Positions 38,972 to 49,164 are shown, numbered from the stretch's first letter. The stretch is 64,000 nucleotides of DNA from Thermodesulfobacteriota bacterium (GCA_964291405.2 OZ219926.1:4640001-4704000), one strand, 5' to 3'. Notes: generated from the sequence alone by a model not told the origin. A program made the numbers and translations.

Positions 38972-39853
38972 ATGCCCAATTTTCATGCCTTAGCCGTTTT
39001 TGAAGCCTGTGGATCGTCGACCCAAGAGATCCAAGCAGCTGTCTCATCCCTCTTCGAGTCCCTCTCTCATCAGCGTGTCCGTTACCATGAGCACGAACTG
39101 AGTGAAGGCCCGAGCGCTGCGCCGGCAGGGAAGAACTTCTACTGCATGGTGTTCGTCGACTGTGATGTCGATGCCTACACCGAAGAAAAAGCGCTGGATT
39201 TTGCAAACGATGCCTTTGAGCATATTTCGACGGAGACCTGCCAATATCTGTCCTTCGGGCTCGTTCCCGGTCGTCAGCGTGTGCAGCGCCGACGAGAACG
39301 AGAAGAAGCGAGCGCTGCCGACACAAACGAACGGGGCAGACGGCGGCGTGGAACGCAAGGCCGGGGTCGGAGGAGACGAGGCGACCAGGAAGACGGCAGA
39401 GGGGCGCGGCAGGAAACGGATCAGACCCAAGCGACACCAGGAGAAGCCGCGGTCATACCTGAGTCTGAACCGAGCGAACCGCCTCCCGCCCCAGAGCCGG
39501 AGATACAGGCGGTGGAAGTCGAGCCGGAGGAGGTTGAGGCGCCAACCGAACTTGAGGTGGACATTGAGGCCGGCGAGCCGCCCGCACCGCCACCCCGCAG
39601 TTCTGCGGCCATGCAGGTCACCGTCACCGTCAAGCTCCGGGCTTCCGAGCTCAAAGACTCGCTGAATGGCGAGGCCCCGCAGCAAGACCTCGTTCAGATG
39701 GCGATTGCCGAGGCGCGGAACCGACATCCGGAAGTCCCGGCCGATGTTGCGCCCGAATCGGAGTCCATTCCGCTCCCCGGTGGCGACACGCTGCTGTTGT
39801 TGACCTGGAAATACCCGGCTCCGGTTCCTTCCTCAAAAGAATCGGCATCGTAA
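38972..39853 (+). CDS. Hypothetical protein with an Arg-rich tract and an acidic/Pro-rich linker
   Basis: Globular N-terminus; RQRVQRRRER...RGRRRRG...RGRRRRG; EPEP-rich linker; small C-terminal domain. Confidence 0.7.
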   Translation: MPNFHALAVFEACGSSTQEIQAAVSSLFESLSHQRVRYHEHELSEGPSAAPAGKNFYCMVFVDCDVDAYTEEKALDFANDAFEHISTETCQYLSFGLVPGRQRVQRRREREEASAADTNERGRRRRGTQGRGRRRRGDQEDGRGARQETDQTQATPGEAAVIPESEPSEPPPAPEPEIQAVEVEPEEVEAPTELEVDIEAGEPPAPPPRSSAAMQVTVTVKLRASELKDSLNGEAPQQDLVQMAIAEARNRHPEVPADVAPESESIPLPGGDTLLLLTWKYPAPVPSSKESAS

Positions 39854-39992
39854 AGTCTCCGGCAGTTGCTCAGGCCTGCCAGTCCACCCGAACAGCACCG
39901 CTCTTCTTGTCAATACCTGAAAAAGCCTCGCTTTTTCAGGGGACCCATGTTACACAGCCGTCGTACCGGCACGGATAACGCGGAGGTGCAGC

Positions 39993-41219
39993 ATGCAACA
40001 CACCAATGACCAGCAGTATATGCTTTCCGGGGTGACAGTCCTGGATTTTACTCAATACTTGGCCGGACCGACCGTGACCCGTCTCATGGCAGAGATGGGG
40101 GCCAATATCATTAAGGTGGAACAGGCCCCCATGGGTGATCCTTCGCGTTTGCTGCCGTTTATTCAGGATGATCGCAGCGCGTATTTTGTCCAACAGAATC
40201 GCGGCAAAAAAAGTCTCTGCCTGGATTTCGACAAGCCGGAATCCCTTGAAATCCTGCGGGCCTTGATTCCGACCGTGGATGTTGTGGTTGAGAATTTCGG
40301 GCCAGGTGTGATGGAAAAACGGAATCTTGACTATTCCTCGCTCAAGACAATCAATCCCCAGATTATCATGGTTTCGATTTCCGCCTTTGGACGCAAAAGC
40401 CCACTGTCCCACAAGGTCGGCTACGATTTCATTGCCCAGGCCTTCTCCGGCATCATGCATATGACCGGTAGTCCGGACGGGCCGCCACAGTTTGTCGGGC
40501 TCGGTATTGCCGATGTCAGTAGTGGCGTCCACGCCTTTGCGGCCTTGGGTTATGCCTTATACCACCGGGAACGCACTGGTGTCGGCCAGTATATCGACCT
40601 GTCCATGATTGACGCCATGTTCCATATGCACGAGGTCAATGTGCAGGGCCATACCATGAGCAAGGGCGAGTTTGTGCCGCTCCGGATGGGGTCACATCAC
40701 CCCCTGGTGTGTCCGTGTGGGGTGTTCAAAGGACCCGAGGGCTGGATAGTCGTCCTCGTCCTGGACCGACAGTGGGCCAATATGTGTAAGGCTATGGGCA
40801 GGCCGGAGTTGATTGAAGACGCCCGCTTTGCGACCAATGCCGCGCGAGGAGAGAACCAGGGCGAACTCATTCCGATCATTGAAGCGTGGATGCAGGCGCA
40901 GCCGAGTGATGAGGCCGTCCTCCAAATCTTTGAAGAGCATCGGGTTCCGTCCGCTCCCGTTATGTCCATCACCGATATATTGAAGCACCCGTATTTCAAG
41001 GCGCGGGAGATGGTTCGGACGGTCCCCGACCCCATCCTGGGAGAAGTCACCATCCCCGGCTTCCCACTCAAGTACTCCGAGTTTCCCCGGCTCCCGGACA
41101 TTCAAGCCCCGCTTTTAGGCCAGAACAGTGCCGAGATACTGCGGGAGCAACTCAGCTATAGCAACGAAACCATCGCCGCACTCCAAGCGAAAGGGGTGCT
41201 GTATGCAGAGGACCGTTAG
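39993..41219 (+). CDS. CoA-transferase family III (CaiB/BaiF)
   Basis: LAGP, NRGKKS, VVVENF and GYDFIAQA motifs. Confidence 0.93.
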   Translation: MQHTNDQQYMLSGVTVLDFTQYLAGPTVTRLMAEMGANIIKVEQAPMGDPSRLLPFIQDDRSAYFVQQNRGKKSLCLDFDKPESLEILRALIPTVDVVVENFGPGVMEKRNLDYSSLKTINPQIIMVSISAFGRKSPLSHKVGYDFIAQAFSGIMHMTGSPDGPPQFVGLGIADVSSGVHAFAALGYALYHRERTGVGQYIDLSMIDAMFHMHEVNVQGHTMSKGEFVPLRMGSHHPLVCPCGVFKGPEGWIVVLVLDRQWANMCKAMGRPELIEDARFATNAARGENQGELIPIIEAWMQAQPSDEAVLQIFEEHRVPSAPVMSITDILKHPYFKAREMVRTVPDPILGEVTIPGFPLKYSEFPRLPDIQAPLLGQNSAEILREQLSYSNETIAALQAKGVLYAEDR

Positions 41220-41285
41220 CGTGTTCCGGACAGCCCCGATCACATTGATCGGCCTCTGGGTCAAGGTAAAAAATAGGGAGAAGGT

Positions 41286-42194
41286 ATGGCATCGATGATT
41301 CCCGTTGAGCAGGTGGAAATTTTTGGCTCTGGCGTGCTCAGAGCTGAAGGTGTGGTCATTGATAAAGAGGGCAACGCCTGGGGGGGCGGGCGCAATGGCA
41401 TTGTCTATAAAGTCAGTCCGGACGGCGTCGTCCACGAGGTCGCCCAGTTGCCGGACCGGGCCATCCCCAACGGCGTCACGCTGGACCGCCAGGGCAACTT
41501 CGTCTATTGCGACCTCAGACATAAAGCGGTGATGCGGCTATCACCCGACGGGAAAGTCTCCCTCGTCGCCGACCACGCAGGAGACTTTCCGATTTCGATC
41601 CCGAACTTCGCCAGCTATGACGCCGAGGGCAATCTCTACGTCTCGAACTCAAGTTCCCAGCCGGGCCGCGAGGTGTTCAAGGAGTTTGTGAATCCCCAGC
41701 CCAACGGCGCGGTGGTACGCATCCGCCCCGACGGACGGGGCGAGGTCGTCGCCACCGGAATTTATTTCGCCAATGGGACGGCCATCGACCCCAACGAAGA
41801 TGCGGTCTACGTCCTGGAGAGTTCGCGCAACGACTGCGTCCGTATCCAGATCAAGAAAGACGGCACCTTTGGTCCGCCCGAAATCTATGCCAAAGATTTT
41901 CCGGCTCTGCCGGACGGGATGGCCTTTGACGTGGACCGCAACCTGTATATCACGCTGCCCGGTGTCCCCGAGAACGGCAAGCTGGAGCCCCGAAACCGGG
42001 TCATCAAGGTCGATCCGAACGGCAACTGGGAGACCTTCGTCCACGACCCGGACGGCGCTGCATTGGCCTTTCCGACCAACTGCGCGTTTGGCGGCCCTGA
42101 CATGCAGGACCTCTTTATCGCCAATCTGGAGGGAGATCATATGAATAAGGTCCGCACCCCAGTCCGAGGCCACCTCCTGTATCACCAACGCTAA
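41286..42194 (+). CDS. SMP-30/gluconolactonase/LRE family protein
   Basis: AEG, PNG, FANG, PDGM and PTNCAFGG motifs. Confidence 0.9.
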   Translation: MASMIPVEQVEIFGSGVLRAEGVVIDKEGNAWGGGRNGIVYKVSPDGVVHEVAQLPDRAIPNGVTLDRQGNFVYCDLRHKAVMRLSPDGKVSLVADHAGDFPISIPNFASYDAEGNLYVSNSSSQPGREVFKEFVNPQPNGAVVRIRPDGRGEVVATGIYFANGTAIDPNEDAVYVLESSRNDCVRIQIKKDGTFGPPEIYAKDFPALPDGMAFDVDRNLYITLPGVPENGKLEPRNRVIKVDPNGNWETFVHDPDGAALAFPTNCAFGGPDMQDLFIANLEGDHMNKVRTPVRGHLLYHQR

Positions 42195-42229
42195 GAGTAT
42201 CATCAGCGCTAACCATACGGAGCCTTCTC

Positions 42230-43384
42230 ATGCAAAAGAGTGACGAACGGATTCTTACCACTCACGTCGGCAGCCTGCCGCGTAATCCTGAGCTGACCGA
42301 TCTGCTGATTAACCAGGAGCAGGGCAAGGTCATAGAGGCGGCGGCCCTGGAGCGCCAATCCGAAAGAGCCGTTCAACACGTGATTGATGAACAACTCAAA
42401 GCCGGCGTGGACATCATCAATGACGGCGAACAGCCGCGCATCGGTTTTCAGACCTATGTGCCGCAGCGCATGCGCGGCTTTGGCGGGGAGAGCAAACGAC
42501 CCACACCGCAAGACATGGCCGAATTTCCGGATTTTACGGCCATGATGCAGCGGCGCAATATGATGCGGGCCAAGGTCTTCAACGCTCCGCAGGCCATCGG
42601 CGAGCTTGCCTACGACGACCTGTCCGCCGTGGAGCAGGAATGTGCGTTGTTTCTGCGCTGTACGGAGCAGGCGGCGTTCACCGAACGCTTCATGACCGCG
42701 GCTTCGCCCGGCATTATTGCCACCACCATGCTGAACGCCCATTACGACTCGCACGAGGCGTATGTGCTGGCCGTGGCTGAGCAGATGAAGAAAGAGTACG
42801 AATACATCCACGCCCAGGGCCTGTTGCTGCAACTCGACGCCCCCGACCTGGCTATGGAGCGGACCTTCCTCTTTCAGGAGCAGACACTGGCCGAATTCCA
42901 GAAGACCATCGAAGTTCATATCGAAGCCGTCAACCGCGCGACCGAGAATATCCCGGCCGAGCGTATCCGACTGCATATCTGCTGGGGGAATTACGACGGT
43001 CCCCACAATCACGATGTGCCGCTGGCCGATATTCTGCCCATTCTCTATCAGGCCAAGGTTGGAGCCCTGTCCATCGAGCTGGCCAATCCCCGCCACCAGC
43101 ACGAATATAAAGCCTTCCGGCAACATCCCTTACCCGACTCGATGCTGCTCATCCCCGGTGTGATCGATTCCACAACCAACTATATCGAGCACCCGGAAAT
43201 CGTCGCCGACCGCCTCTGTCAGGTGGTTGAGGCTATCGACGACCGGAGTCGGGTCATTGCCGGTTCGGACTGCGGCTTTGGCACGTTTGCCGGCTGGGAG
43301 ATGGTGTCCGAGAGCGTGGTGTGGGCAAAAATGAAAGCGTGCAGTCAGGGGGCGCAGATTGCGACGCAGCGCTTGTGGGGATGA
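42230..43384 (+). CDS. Cobalamin-independent methionine synthase II family protein (single barrel)
   Basis: TTHVGSLPR, HICWGN and DCGFGT zinc ligands. Confidence 0.9.
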   Translation: MQKSDERILTTHVGSLPRNPELTDLLINQEQGKVIEAAALERQSERAVQHVIDEQLKAGVDIINDGEQPRIGFQTYVPQRMRGFGGESKRPTPQDMAEFPDFTAMMQRRNMMRAKVFNAPQAIGELAYDDLSAVEQECALFLRCTEQAAFTERFMTAASPGIIATTMLNAHYDSHEAYVLAVAEQMKKEYEYIHAQGLLLQLDAPDLAMERTFLFQEQTLAEFQKTIEVHIEAVNRATENIPAERIRLHICWGNYDGPHNHDVPLADILPILYQAKVGALSIELANPRHQHEYKAFRQHPLPDSMLLIPGVIDSTTNYIEHPEIVADRLCQVVEAIDDRSRVIAGSDCGFGTFAGWEMVSESVVWAKMKACSQGAQIATQRLWG

Positions 43385-43534
43385 GAGGACTCGGCGCTAT
43401 ACTGATTTTCCGGAATCCTTTCAGCCGCCGCTATCACCGTAAGCACATCGTCATGGCTCGCGGCCCGTGTGGACCGCGCGTCAGCTCGATCAACCCATCA
43501 CAGGCGCCCTGCATGGACTCCGAAGGGAGCCCTC

Positions 43535-44674
43535 TCAATAAACGCCAGGAAAAATCCGGTACTTCACTCGTGCCTGATACGCTGCCCACTTCTCGGCGCC
43601 GTACTTCTCGGCACAGAGCCTGTCGTCTTCAAGTTGACGCCACACAAACAGCGAGACGATGAAGACAAAGTAGGTCCAAGCCCACGGATTAGTGAAGTAG
43701 CCGAAGACCAAGGCAATGGACAGGGCAAGGAACCCCTCGCCCAGGTAGTTGAAGTGGCGGGCCACACCCCATAGACCGCTGCACAGGATCTTGCGGTCAC
43801 CGGCCTCAATGTACTCAGGCTCGATGAGCCCGAGAAACTTACGCTCGGGCCATCGCTTAAATGTGTATTTCTGCAAGTTGGCGCCGCGCGAGATGCTCCA
43901 TCCGAAGAGGAACAGCGCAGCCGTTCCGATAAGCCAGACATACGTCCATGCCGGCGAGAATCCGGGGTCCGGGTAAGCGGCCATGCCCCACAACGGGAGG
44001 ATGAACATCCACCCGTAGACTACGAGGCCACCCCAGAACAACTTGAAGCCGAGATTCTCATGGATCAGATCGTAGGTATAGAGCTGGACGCGCTCAAAGA
44101 TGAAGTAGTCCAGCACGTAGAACGTGAAGAACGCCGCATACAGGAAAACGCCGGGATTGGAGTTTTCGCCAAAGAGTTCGTAGTGGTACACGGCCCCGGA
44201 CAGGGCGTTGAGCGAGAACATCGTCCCACCGACAGCATAGAAATACATCTTTACGTCGAAGCGGTCGTTGAAGAACGACAGCTCATGAGCCCGCCCAACC
44301 CACAGATCCACGATGGGATTCTTTATTTTCCCTTGCGGCTGGCTGTACACCGCTACGATGGTAAAGAGAGTAGTGAAGGCCGTTCCGCCAGCCACCGCAT
44401 AGATCGAGGACCGGTAGAACCAATCACGCGGCATCCCGGTGAGCTCAAAAGCCCACACGCCCAGCGCGATGGCAAACACCAGAATACCGTTGAGCCGATA
44501 GTTGCGGGGTTCACCGGTCTGCGGATTGATGACGTAGCCGGGAACCCGCCTTCCTGGCAACATGAGTTGCGCCAGGAAAAACACGGCGAAGATCACCAGC
44601 GGGGTGAAAAACCCCGCAATCGCTTCCGTCCGGGAAAGCTCGAAAAGGTGGCCAATACCAAGCCATTCAATCAT
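43535..44674 (-). CDS. ERG4/ERG24 family sterol reductase-like membrane protein
   Basis: YRLNG, YDLIHENLGFKLFWG, ANLQKYTFK, SGLWGVARHFNYLGE and DDRLCAEKYG...VKYRIFPGVY motifs. Confidence 0.88.
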   Translation of the reverse strand: MIEWLGIGHLFELSRTEAIAGFFTPLVIFAVFFLAQLMLPGRRVPGYVINPQTGEPRNYRLNGILVFAIALGVWAFELTGMPRDWFYRSSIYAVAGGTAFTTLFTIVAVYSQPQGKIKNPIVDLWVGRAHELSFFNDRFDVKMYFYAVGGTMFSLNALSGAVYHYELFGENSNPGVFLYAAFFTFYVLDYFIFERVQLYTYDLIHENLGFKLFWGGLVVYGWMFILPLWGMAAYPDPGFSPAWTYVWLIGTAALFLFGWSISRGANLQKYTFKRWPERKFLGLIEPEYIEAGDRKILCSGLWGVARHFNYLGEGFLALSIALVFGYFTNPWAWTYFVFIVSLFVWRQLEDDRLCAEKYGAEKWAAYQARVKYRIFPGVY

Positions 44675-44858
44675 GACCGAGTACCCCTTCTGCCAGTGAC
44701 CTGGTCATTAACCACCCTCGGACTGTCCCCTGTTGTAGCTATACAGTATTACCCTGCCGAAAGCCGCCTCTCAGTCATTTTTTATAGAAGTCTCCTCTGA
44801 AACGGACAGGCGGTGGTCTCTCAGTAAACGCGAGAGTATCGATCTCCGACCTTTCGTT

Positions 44859-45392
44859 TTAGGCTCCGGTGATATTTTCCGTCCAGCCTTTGTCTTTATC
44901 GACCGTTGTGGCTGTGATCTTCTTTGAAGCGTAAAAGCCGACCAGCCCCAGGGCATCTTTTATCTGCAGCCGCCCGATCGGTCCCGAGGTATAGGTCACA
45001 TTCAGGATATTGCGCGCGGGGTCGATGATAAACGCCGCCGGCTGGATGATATTGCGCTTCTCCTCGTACCAGCAGGTCAGGGTCGCAGCCGTGTCCGGGC
45101 CGTCCACGCCGTAGATGACGGGAAACGTCAGCCCCGACTTATCGACCGTCTGCCGGGCTTTGTCGAGCGGGTCGGTTGAGATGGCGTAGACCGAAATCCC
45201 GGTTGCCTGGGCCTGCTCAAGATTAGCCTGATAATCAGCCAACTGCTGATCGCAGAACGGTCACCAGTGAGCCCGGTAAGTCAGGACGATAGCGTACGGG
45301 GTCGAGATGTCGGCCGGCAGATTGACCGTCCCTCCGCCGACGCTCGGACCGCTGATGGCGGGAAAAGGCTCTCCGGGGTGGAGGCGTTCCAT
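44859..45392 (-). CDS. Peroxiredoxin-like (AhpC/TSA) selenoprotein (177 aa, Sec at codon 44)
   Basis: YRAHW-TGA-PFC corresponds to the WCPFC motif; joins two ORF-track fragments in frame; AISTD and QPAAFIID motifs; AAAGGAG SD. Confidence 0.88.
45227..45256 (-). promoter_or_regulatory. Bacterial SECIS element
   Basis: GATCAGC-AGTTG-GCTGATT hairpin starting 9 nt after UGA, with a TCTG/CAGG lower stem. Confidence 0.7.
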
Positions 45393-45450
45393 AGCTGTAC
45401 TCCTTTCCGGGATGCGCGCCGGGTCAGGGCGGACAAGACGCGGTGGGCCA

Positions 45451-45479
45451 CCTATAGCCATGACCCGGCGGCGAGTCAA
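45451..45479 (-). promoter_or_regulatory. Putative sigma70 promoter of the peroxiredoxin-like gene
   Basis: TTGACT-N17-TATAGG with TG extension. Confidence 0.5.
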
Positions 45480-45621
45480 GGCAAGAGCGCGCCGCGCCGG
45501 TCTTCTGCAACAGGCCGGCCCTGTGCTACACTCTGGCCCATGACTCGCCCGTCGCCGCCGTCTCCCGAGCCTCCTGACCTCGTTGCAGAATCTGCTGTGC
45601 TCAGCCTGTGATATTGCCCGC

Positions 45622-46209
45622 ATGGCCAGAGACTCTCGATCCACTGCGTCTAAGCAGGAAGCCAAGAAAACTCCAGCCCAGACCCTGCTGGGTGCTATTG
45701 GTGCCGGACTGCGGAAACTACCGACCACCTTTGTCCTGGTGCTGATCGGACTTTTTATTGTTTTTCGCTCGGCGGACGAGGAGCAGCCACCAGAGCAACA
45801 ACCCGAAGACTCGATATCACAGGAAGAGCCGCAGCCACCGGCTGACCTTCCTGCCAATATCAGTCCGGCCTTTTGGACCTGTGTCTACCGCACCGACACC
45901 CAGCTCTCCGAAAGCCTCTGGGCGGATGTGTACTACGGCATGGAAGCCAGCGACGCCGGACGCTCGGTATCCGTTTCCGTCTCTCCGAAATGGACCGACC
46001 TGACACTCGACCAGCGCTCTATCGTAGTCGAACTGGTGGCGACGACCTGGCAAAAGAACAGCCAGGACCTGGCAGTCTTTGAGCCGGGAGCCGGACTGGA
46101 AAGCGTGATGCTCAAAAGAGCGGAAGACGACACGGTAGTGGCAGTCTGGACGCCGCACGACGGAGTCCAACTCATCGACGGGGGTTCCGGATCTCAAAGC
46201 CACGGATAG
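45622..46209 (+). CDS. Hypothetical single-TM protein
   Basis: One TM helix (FVLVLIGLFIVF), acidic linker, globular C-terminus. Confidence 0.65.
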   Translation: MARDSRSTASKQEAKKTPAQTLLGAIGAGLRKLPTTFVLVLIGLFIVFRSADEEQPPEQQPEDSISQEEPQPPADLPANISPAFWTCVYRTDTQLSESLWADVYYGMEASDAGRSVSVSVSPKWTDLTLDQRSIVVELVATTWQKNSQDLAVFEPGAGLESVMLKRAEDDTVVAVWTPHDGVQLIDGGSGSQSHG

Positions 46210-46258
46210 CCAGACGAGACCTCGTGGGGAATAACCGGATACGAAACAAAAGGAAGGC

Positions 46259-47305
46259 ATGAAGCCAGACTCGTTTTTTACCATAGACTGGCGGGACGGT
46301 GCGGTGGTGATGATTGACCAACGCGCCTTACCCACCCGGGAAGTCTATCGCACCTACACGGATTACCGCAGCGTCGCACGCGCTATTACCGATATGGTCA
46401 TTCGCGGGGCTCCTGCGATTGGTGTTGCCGCTGCCATGGGGATCGCGCTTGGCGTGCGACAGCTCAAACGGAGTGCTCAGCCCGACGTGTTTACGCGCAT
46501 CTGTCAGGTCTTTGCCGCCACCCGACCGACCGCGGTCAACCTCTTCTGGGCCATTGACCGTATGCGGCGTCGGTATGAGAAAGTGCGGGCCAAAGGCCGT
46601 GACGCGCTCATTGAAGCTCTGGAGCAGGAAGCCCTGAAAATTTGTCAGGAAGACATAACCGCCAATCAGCGTATCGGTCGCCACGGCGCAAAATTGGTTC
46701 CCAAAGGGGCCACGGTTTTAACCCATTGTAACGCCGGGGCGCTGGCAACGGCCGGGTATGGAACCGCCCTGGGCGTAATCCGGGCCGCCTGGGAGCAGGG
46801 CAAAAATATATCCGTCTTTGTGCCGGAAACCCGGCCGTATTTACAGGGCGCGCGTTTAACCGCCTGGGAACTCGTGCGCGAGGGGATTCCCGCAACCCTG
46901 ATCACCGACAATATGATCGGCCATTTCATGCAACAGGGCGCGATTGATTGTGTGATTGTCGGCACCGACCGCACCGCGGCCAATGGAGACGTGGCCAATA
47001 AGATCGGGACGTATACGTCCGCCGTGCTGGCCGGACGGCACAAGGTGCCGTTCTATGTGGCCGCCCCAACCACGTCGATTGATCTGGATTGCCCCTCGGG
47101 CAAGAAGATTCCGATCGAAGAGCGATCCGCCCAGGAAGTCACCCATGTGCTGCGCCAACAGATCGCCCCCAGCGAGGTCGCGGTTGCTCATCCGGCTTTT
47201 GATGTCACCCCCCATCGCCTGGTCAGCGCGATCATCACGGAAAGGGGGATCGCCCGCGGTCCCTATGCGCAGTCGTTGCCGAAATTTGTCAAAAGAAAAC
47301 GGTGA
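46259..47305 (+). CDS. mtnA: Methylthioribose-1-phosphate isomerase
   Basis: [44 protein letters not shown] and NKIGTY motifs. Confidence 0.96.
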   Translation: MKPDSFFTIDWRDGAVVMIDQRALPTREVYRTYTDYRSVARAITDMVIRGAPAIGVAAAMGIALGVRQLKRSAQPDVFTRICQVFAATRPTAVNLFWAIDRMRRRYEKVRAKGRDALIEALEQEALKICQEDITANQRIGRHGAKLVPKGATVLTHCNAGALATAGYGTALGVIRAAWEQGKNISVFVPETRPYLQGARLTAWELVREGIPATLITDNMIGHFMQQGAIDCVIVGTDRTAANGDVANKIGTYTSAVLAGRHKVPFYVAAPTTSIDLDCPSGKKIPIEERSAQEVTHVLRQQIAPSEVAVAHPAFDVTPHRLVSAIITERGIARGPYAQSLPKFVKRKR

Positions 47306-47308
47306 GAC

Positions 47309-47445
47309 CTAGAGCGGCTTACGATCAATTGTCGCCTTCGTCATGCCGGACTTGATCCGGCATCCAGCGGACGGGGGGCGGGAGACCTGGATTCCTGTTT
47401 TCACAGGAATGACGAGTGGCTACACAGTATCGGAATTTGCTCTAG
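47309..47445. mobile_element. MITE/REPIN-like element with CTAG ends
   Basis: CTAGAGC...GCTCTAG termini enclosing CGTCATGCCGGACTTGATCCGGCATCCA...TGGATTCCTGTTTTCACAGGAATGACG. Confidence 0.7.
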
Positions 47446-47599
47446 CATCCGAATACGGCAGATATGGACGCATTCAGCGGGAGGTGTTTTTCAGATCGGA
47501 AGGATAGATGCCATCAATTAACGGTAATAAAGACTTGATAACGAACTGAATTAACGAAAATTTGGTTATTCCCATACGACCAACAGGAGAGAGACCTGA

Positions 47600-47870
47600 T
47601 CGAAGAGTGGGGCGGGCGTCTGCACACAGCCGAAATAAAATGGTCCCCCCGAGCCGCGACCCGCACGCCCCGCGGTTGGCGCCAAGTCTACCCCGGCAGT
47701 TCGTTCCAGGTTGTTCATCAGGGGAATTATCTGGATTTCATCGCCACGCCGAACTGTCAGGCTGCCGGCGTCTGAGCGTCGAAAGCCCGATCTGATTTGA
47801 GACAGCCACCAAGCGTCGTCCGAACGGTCCGGCGACGAGGCAACCTTTCCGTTCAGGAGACAGCGTTTCC
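47600..47870 (+). ncRNA. Candidate structured RNA of unknown class
   Basis: Several stems whose G-U pairs only work on the + strand (AGCCGCG/CGCGGTT, GGCGCC/GGCGTC, GGCAGTTCG/CGAACTGTC, TCCAG/CTGGA); no credible ORF. Confidence 0.4.
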
Positions 47871-47872
47871 GC

Positions 47873-48949
47873 TCAATCACGGGTTTGCCGAGCGATCGTA
47901 TCGACCAGCCGGGCGTGTTCCGGCGCTCCGATTGCGGGCAGCGGGAGAGCCGGCCGGGCGGCAGTGCGTTGCTTCAGCCACTCGACACGGCGCTGGGCTT
48001 CGGCCACCCGCTCCCCGGCCAAAACGCCTTGTTGCACCGCCTGCCGGCACGCATCCCGAGCGCTGAGGGCGTACTCCAGGCTCTGGCAGACCAATAGGAG
48101 ATCAGCCCCGGCGCTGAGCGCCTGAACCGCGGCGGCCGCGACCGACGAATGCCGGACAATAGCGCCCATCTCCAGGTCGTCCGAGACAATGACGCCCTGG
48201 AATCCTAATCGTTTCCGCAGCAGATCGTTCATAATGACGGAGGAGAGCGAGGCGGGCTGCTGCGGGTCAAGGGCGGGATAGACAACGTGGGCGGTCATCA
48301 AGAGCTCGATCTTCTGGGCAATAGCGGCCTGAAAAGGGAGGAGGTCAACTGCCTCCAGGGTCGCGCTGTCTCGCTCATCGTAGGGAAGATCGTCATGCGA
48401 ATCGATGACGGTCGCCCCATGCCCAGGGAAATGCTTGCCGCACGGGAGCACGCCGGCCGCACGCAGCCCGTCGGCAAGCGCACAGCCAAACTCCGCCACC
48501 CGCTGCGGGTCAGAGCCAAACGCGCGGTCGCCAATAACCGTGTTGTCAGGATTGCTGTACACGTCCAGTACGGGCGCAAAGTCAATATCTATCCCCACGC
48601 TGCGCAACTCCCGCCCAAGGGCGACCCCTACCTCATGGGCGAGTTGCGGAGAGCCCGTCTGGCCGACCTGCAAAGCGGGCGGAAAATGGGTGAAGGGCGG
48701 TGAGAGACGATGGACACGCCCACCTTCGGCGTCAAGCGCAATCAAGGGTGGGTGCTCGGGAGTCAGGGCATGGATGTCCGCACACAGGACCCGAAGCGTG
48801 TCCGGATCCGTATAATTCCGCTGAAAGAGAATGAGGCCACCGGGCTGCAAGTCGGCAAGTATCCGGCGCGTCTCAGCATCAAGCGTTGGATGGGGAATAC
48901 CAACCATCAGGCACTGGCCGGGAGTGTCTTGAGGAAGTCGACTGCTCAT
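47873..48949 (-). CDS. nagZ: Beta-N-acetylhexosaminidase (GH3)
   Basis: DAEGGRVHR, FAPVLD, KHFPGHG...DSH, MTAH and SDDLEM motifs. Confidence 0.93.
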   Translation of the reverse strand: MSSRLPQDTPGQCLMVGIPHPTLDAETRRILADLQPGGLILFQRNYTDPDTLRVLCADIHALTPEHPPLIALDAEGGRVHRLSPPFTHFPPALQVGQTGSPQLAHEVGVALGRELRSVGIDIDFAPVLDVYSNPDNTVIGDRAFGSDPQRVAEFGCALADGLRAAGVLPCGKHFPGHGATVIDSHDDLPYDERDSATLEAVDLLPFQAAIAQKIELLMTAHVVYPALDPQQPASLSSVIMNDLLRKRLGFQGVIVSDDLEMGAIVRHSSVAAAAVQALSAGADLLLVCQSLEYALSARDACRQAVQQGVLAGERVAEAQRRVEWLKQRTAARPALPLPAIGAPEHARLVDTIARQTRD

Positions 48950-49063
48950 AACAGTACTCTAGCAAGAAGGCCAATACGAGAAAAGAAAATCTCACAGTAC
49001 CTAGACAATCCTCGGACAAATATGCTAACAGCACGCCCATACTATTGCTTTGCCTTGGACGGG

Positions 49064-49164
49064 AGAGCCGCCGGGCGACAAACCGGTCGACCCAAACAGG
49101 CTCTGTCAGGGCAAAAAGATAGTGAAGGCAGACCGCTTGGATCCAATTGTACGGACCGAGACGG
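49064..49164 (+). ncRNA. pan RNA motif-like leader (tandem hairpins with bulged adenosines) upstream of panBC
   Basis: CCG-CTTGG-A-TCC...GGA-CCGAG-A-CGG stem with two bulged As (49133-49164), preceded by a second bulged-A hairpin; panB leader context. Confidence 0.7.

Noticed and set aside
47580-47765. Glycine riboswitch or hammerhead (GGAGAGA, CGCCGAA, CTGATGA words)
   Set aside because: Motif order and spacing do not fit either consensus and there is no downstream gene; kept only as an unclassified RNA candidate.
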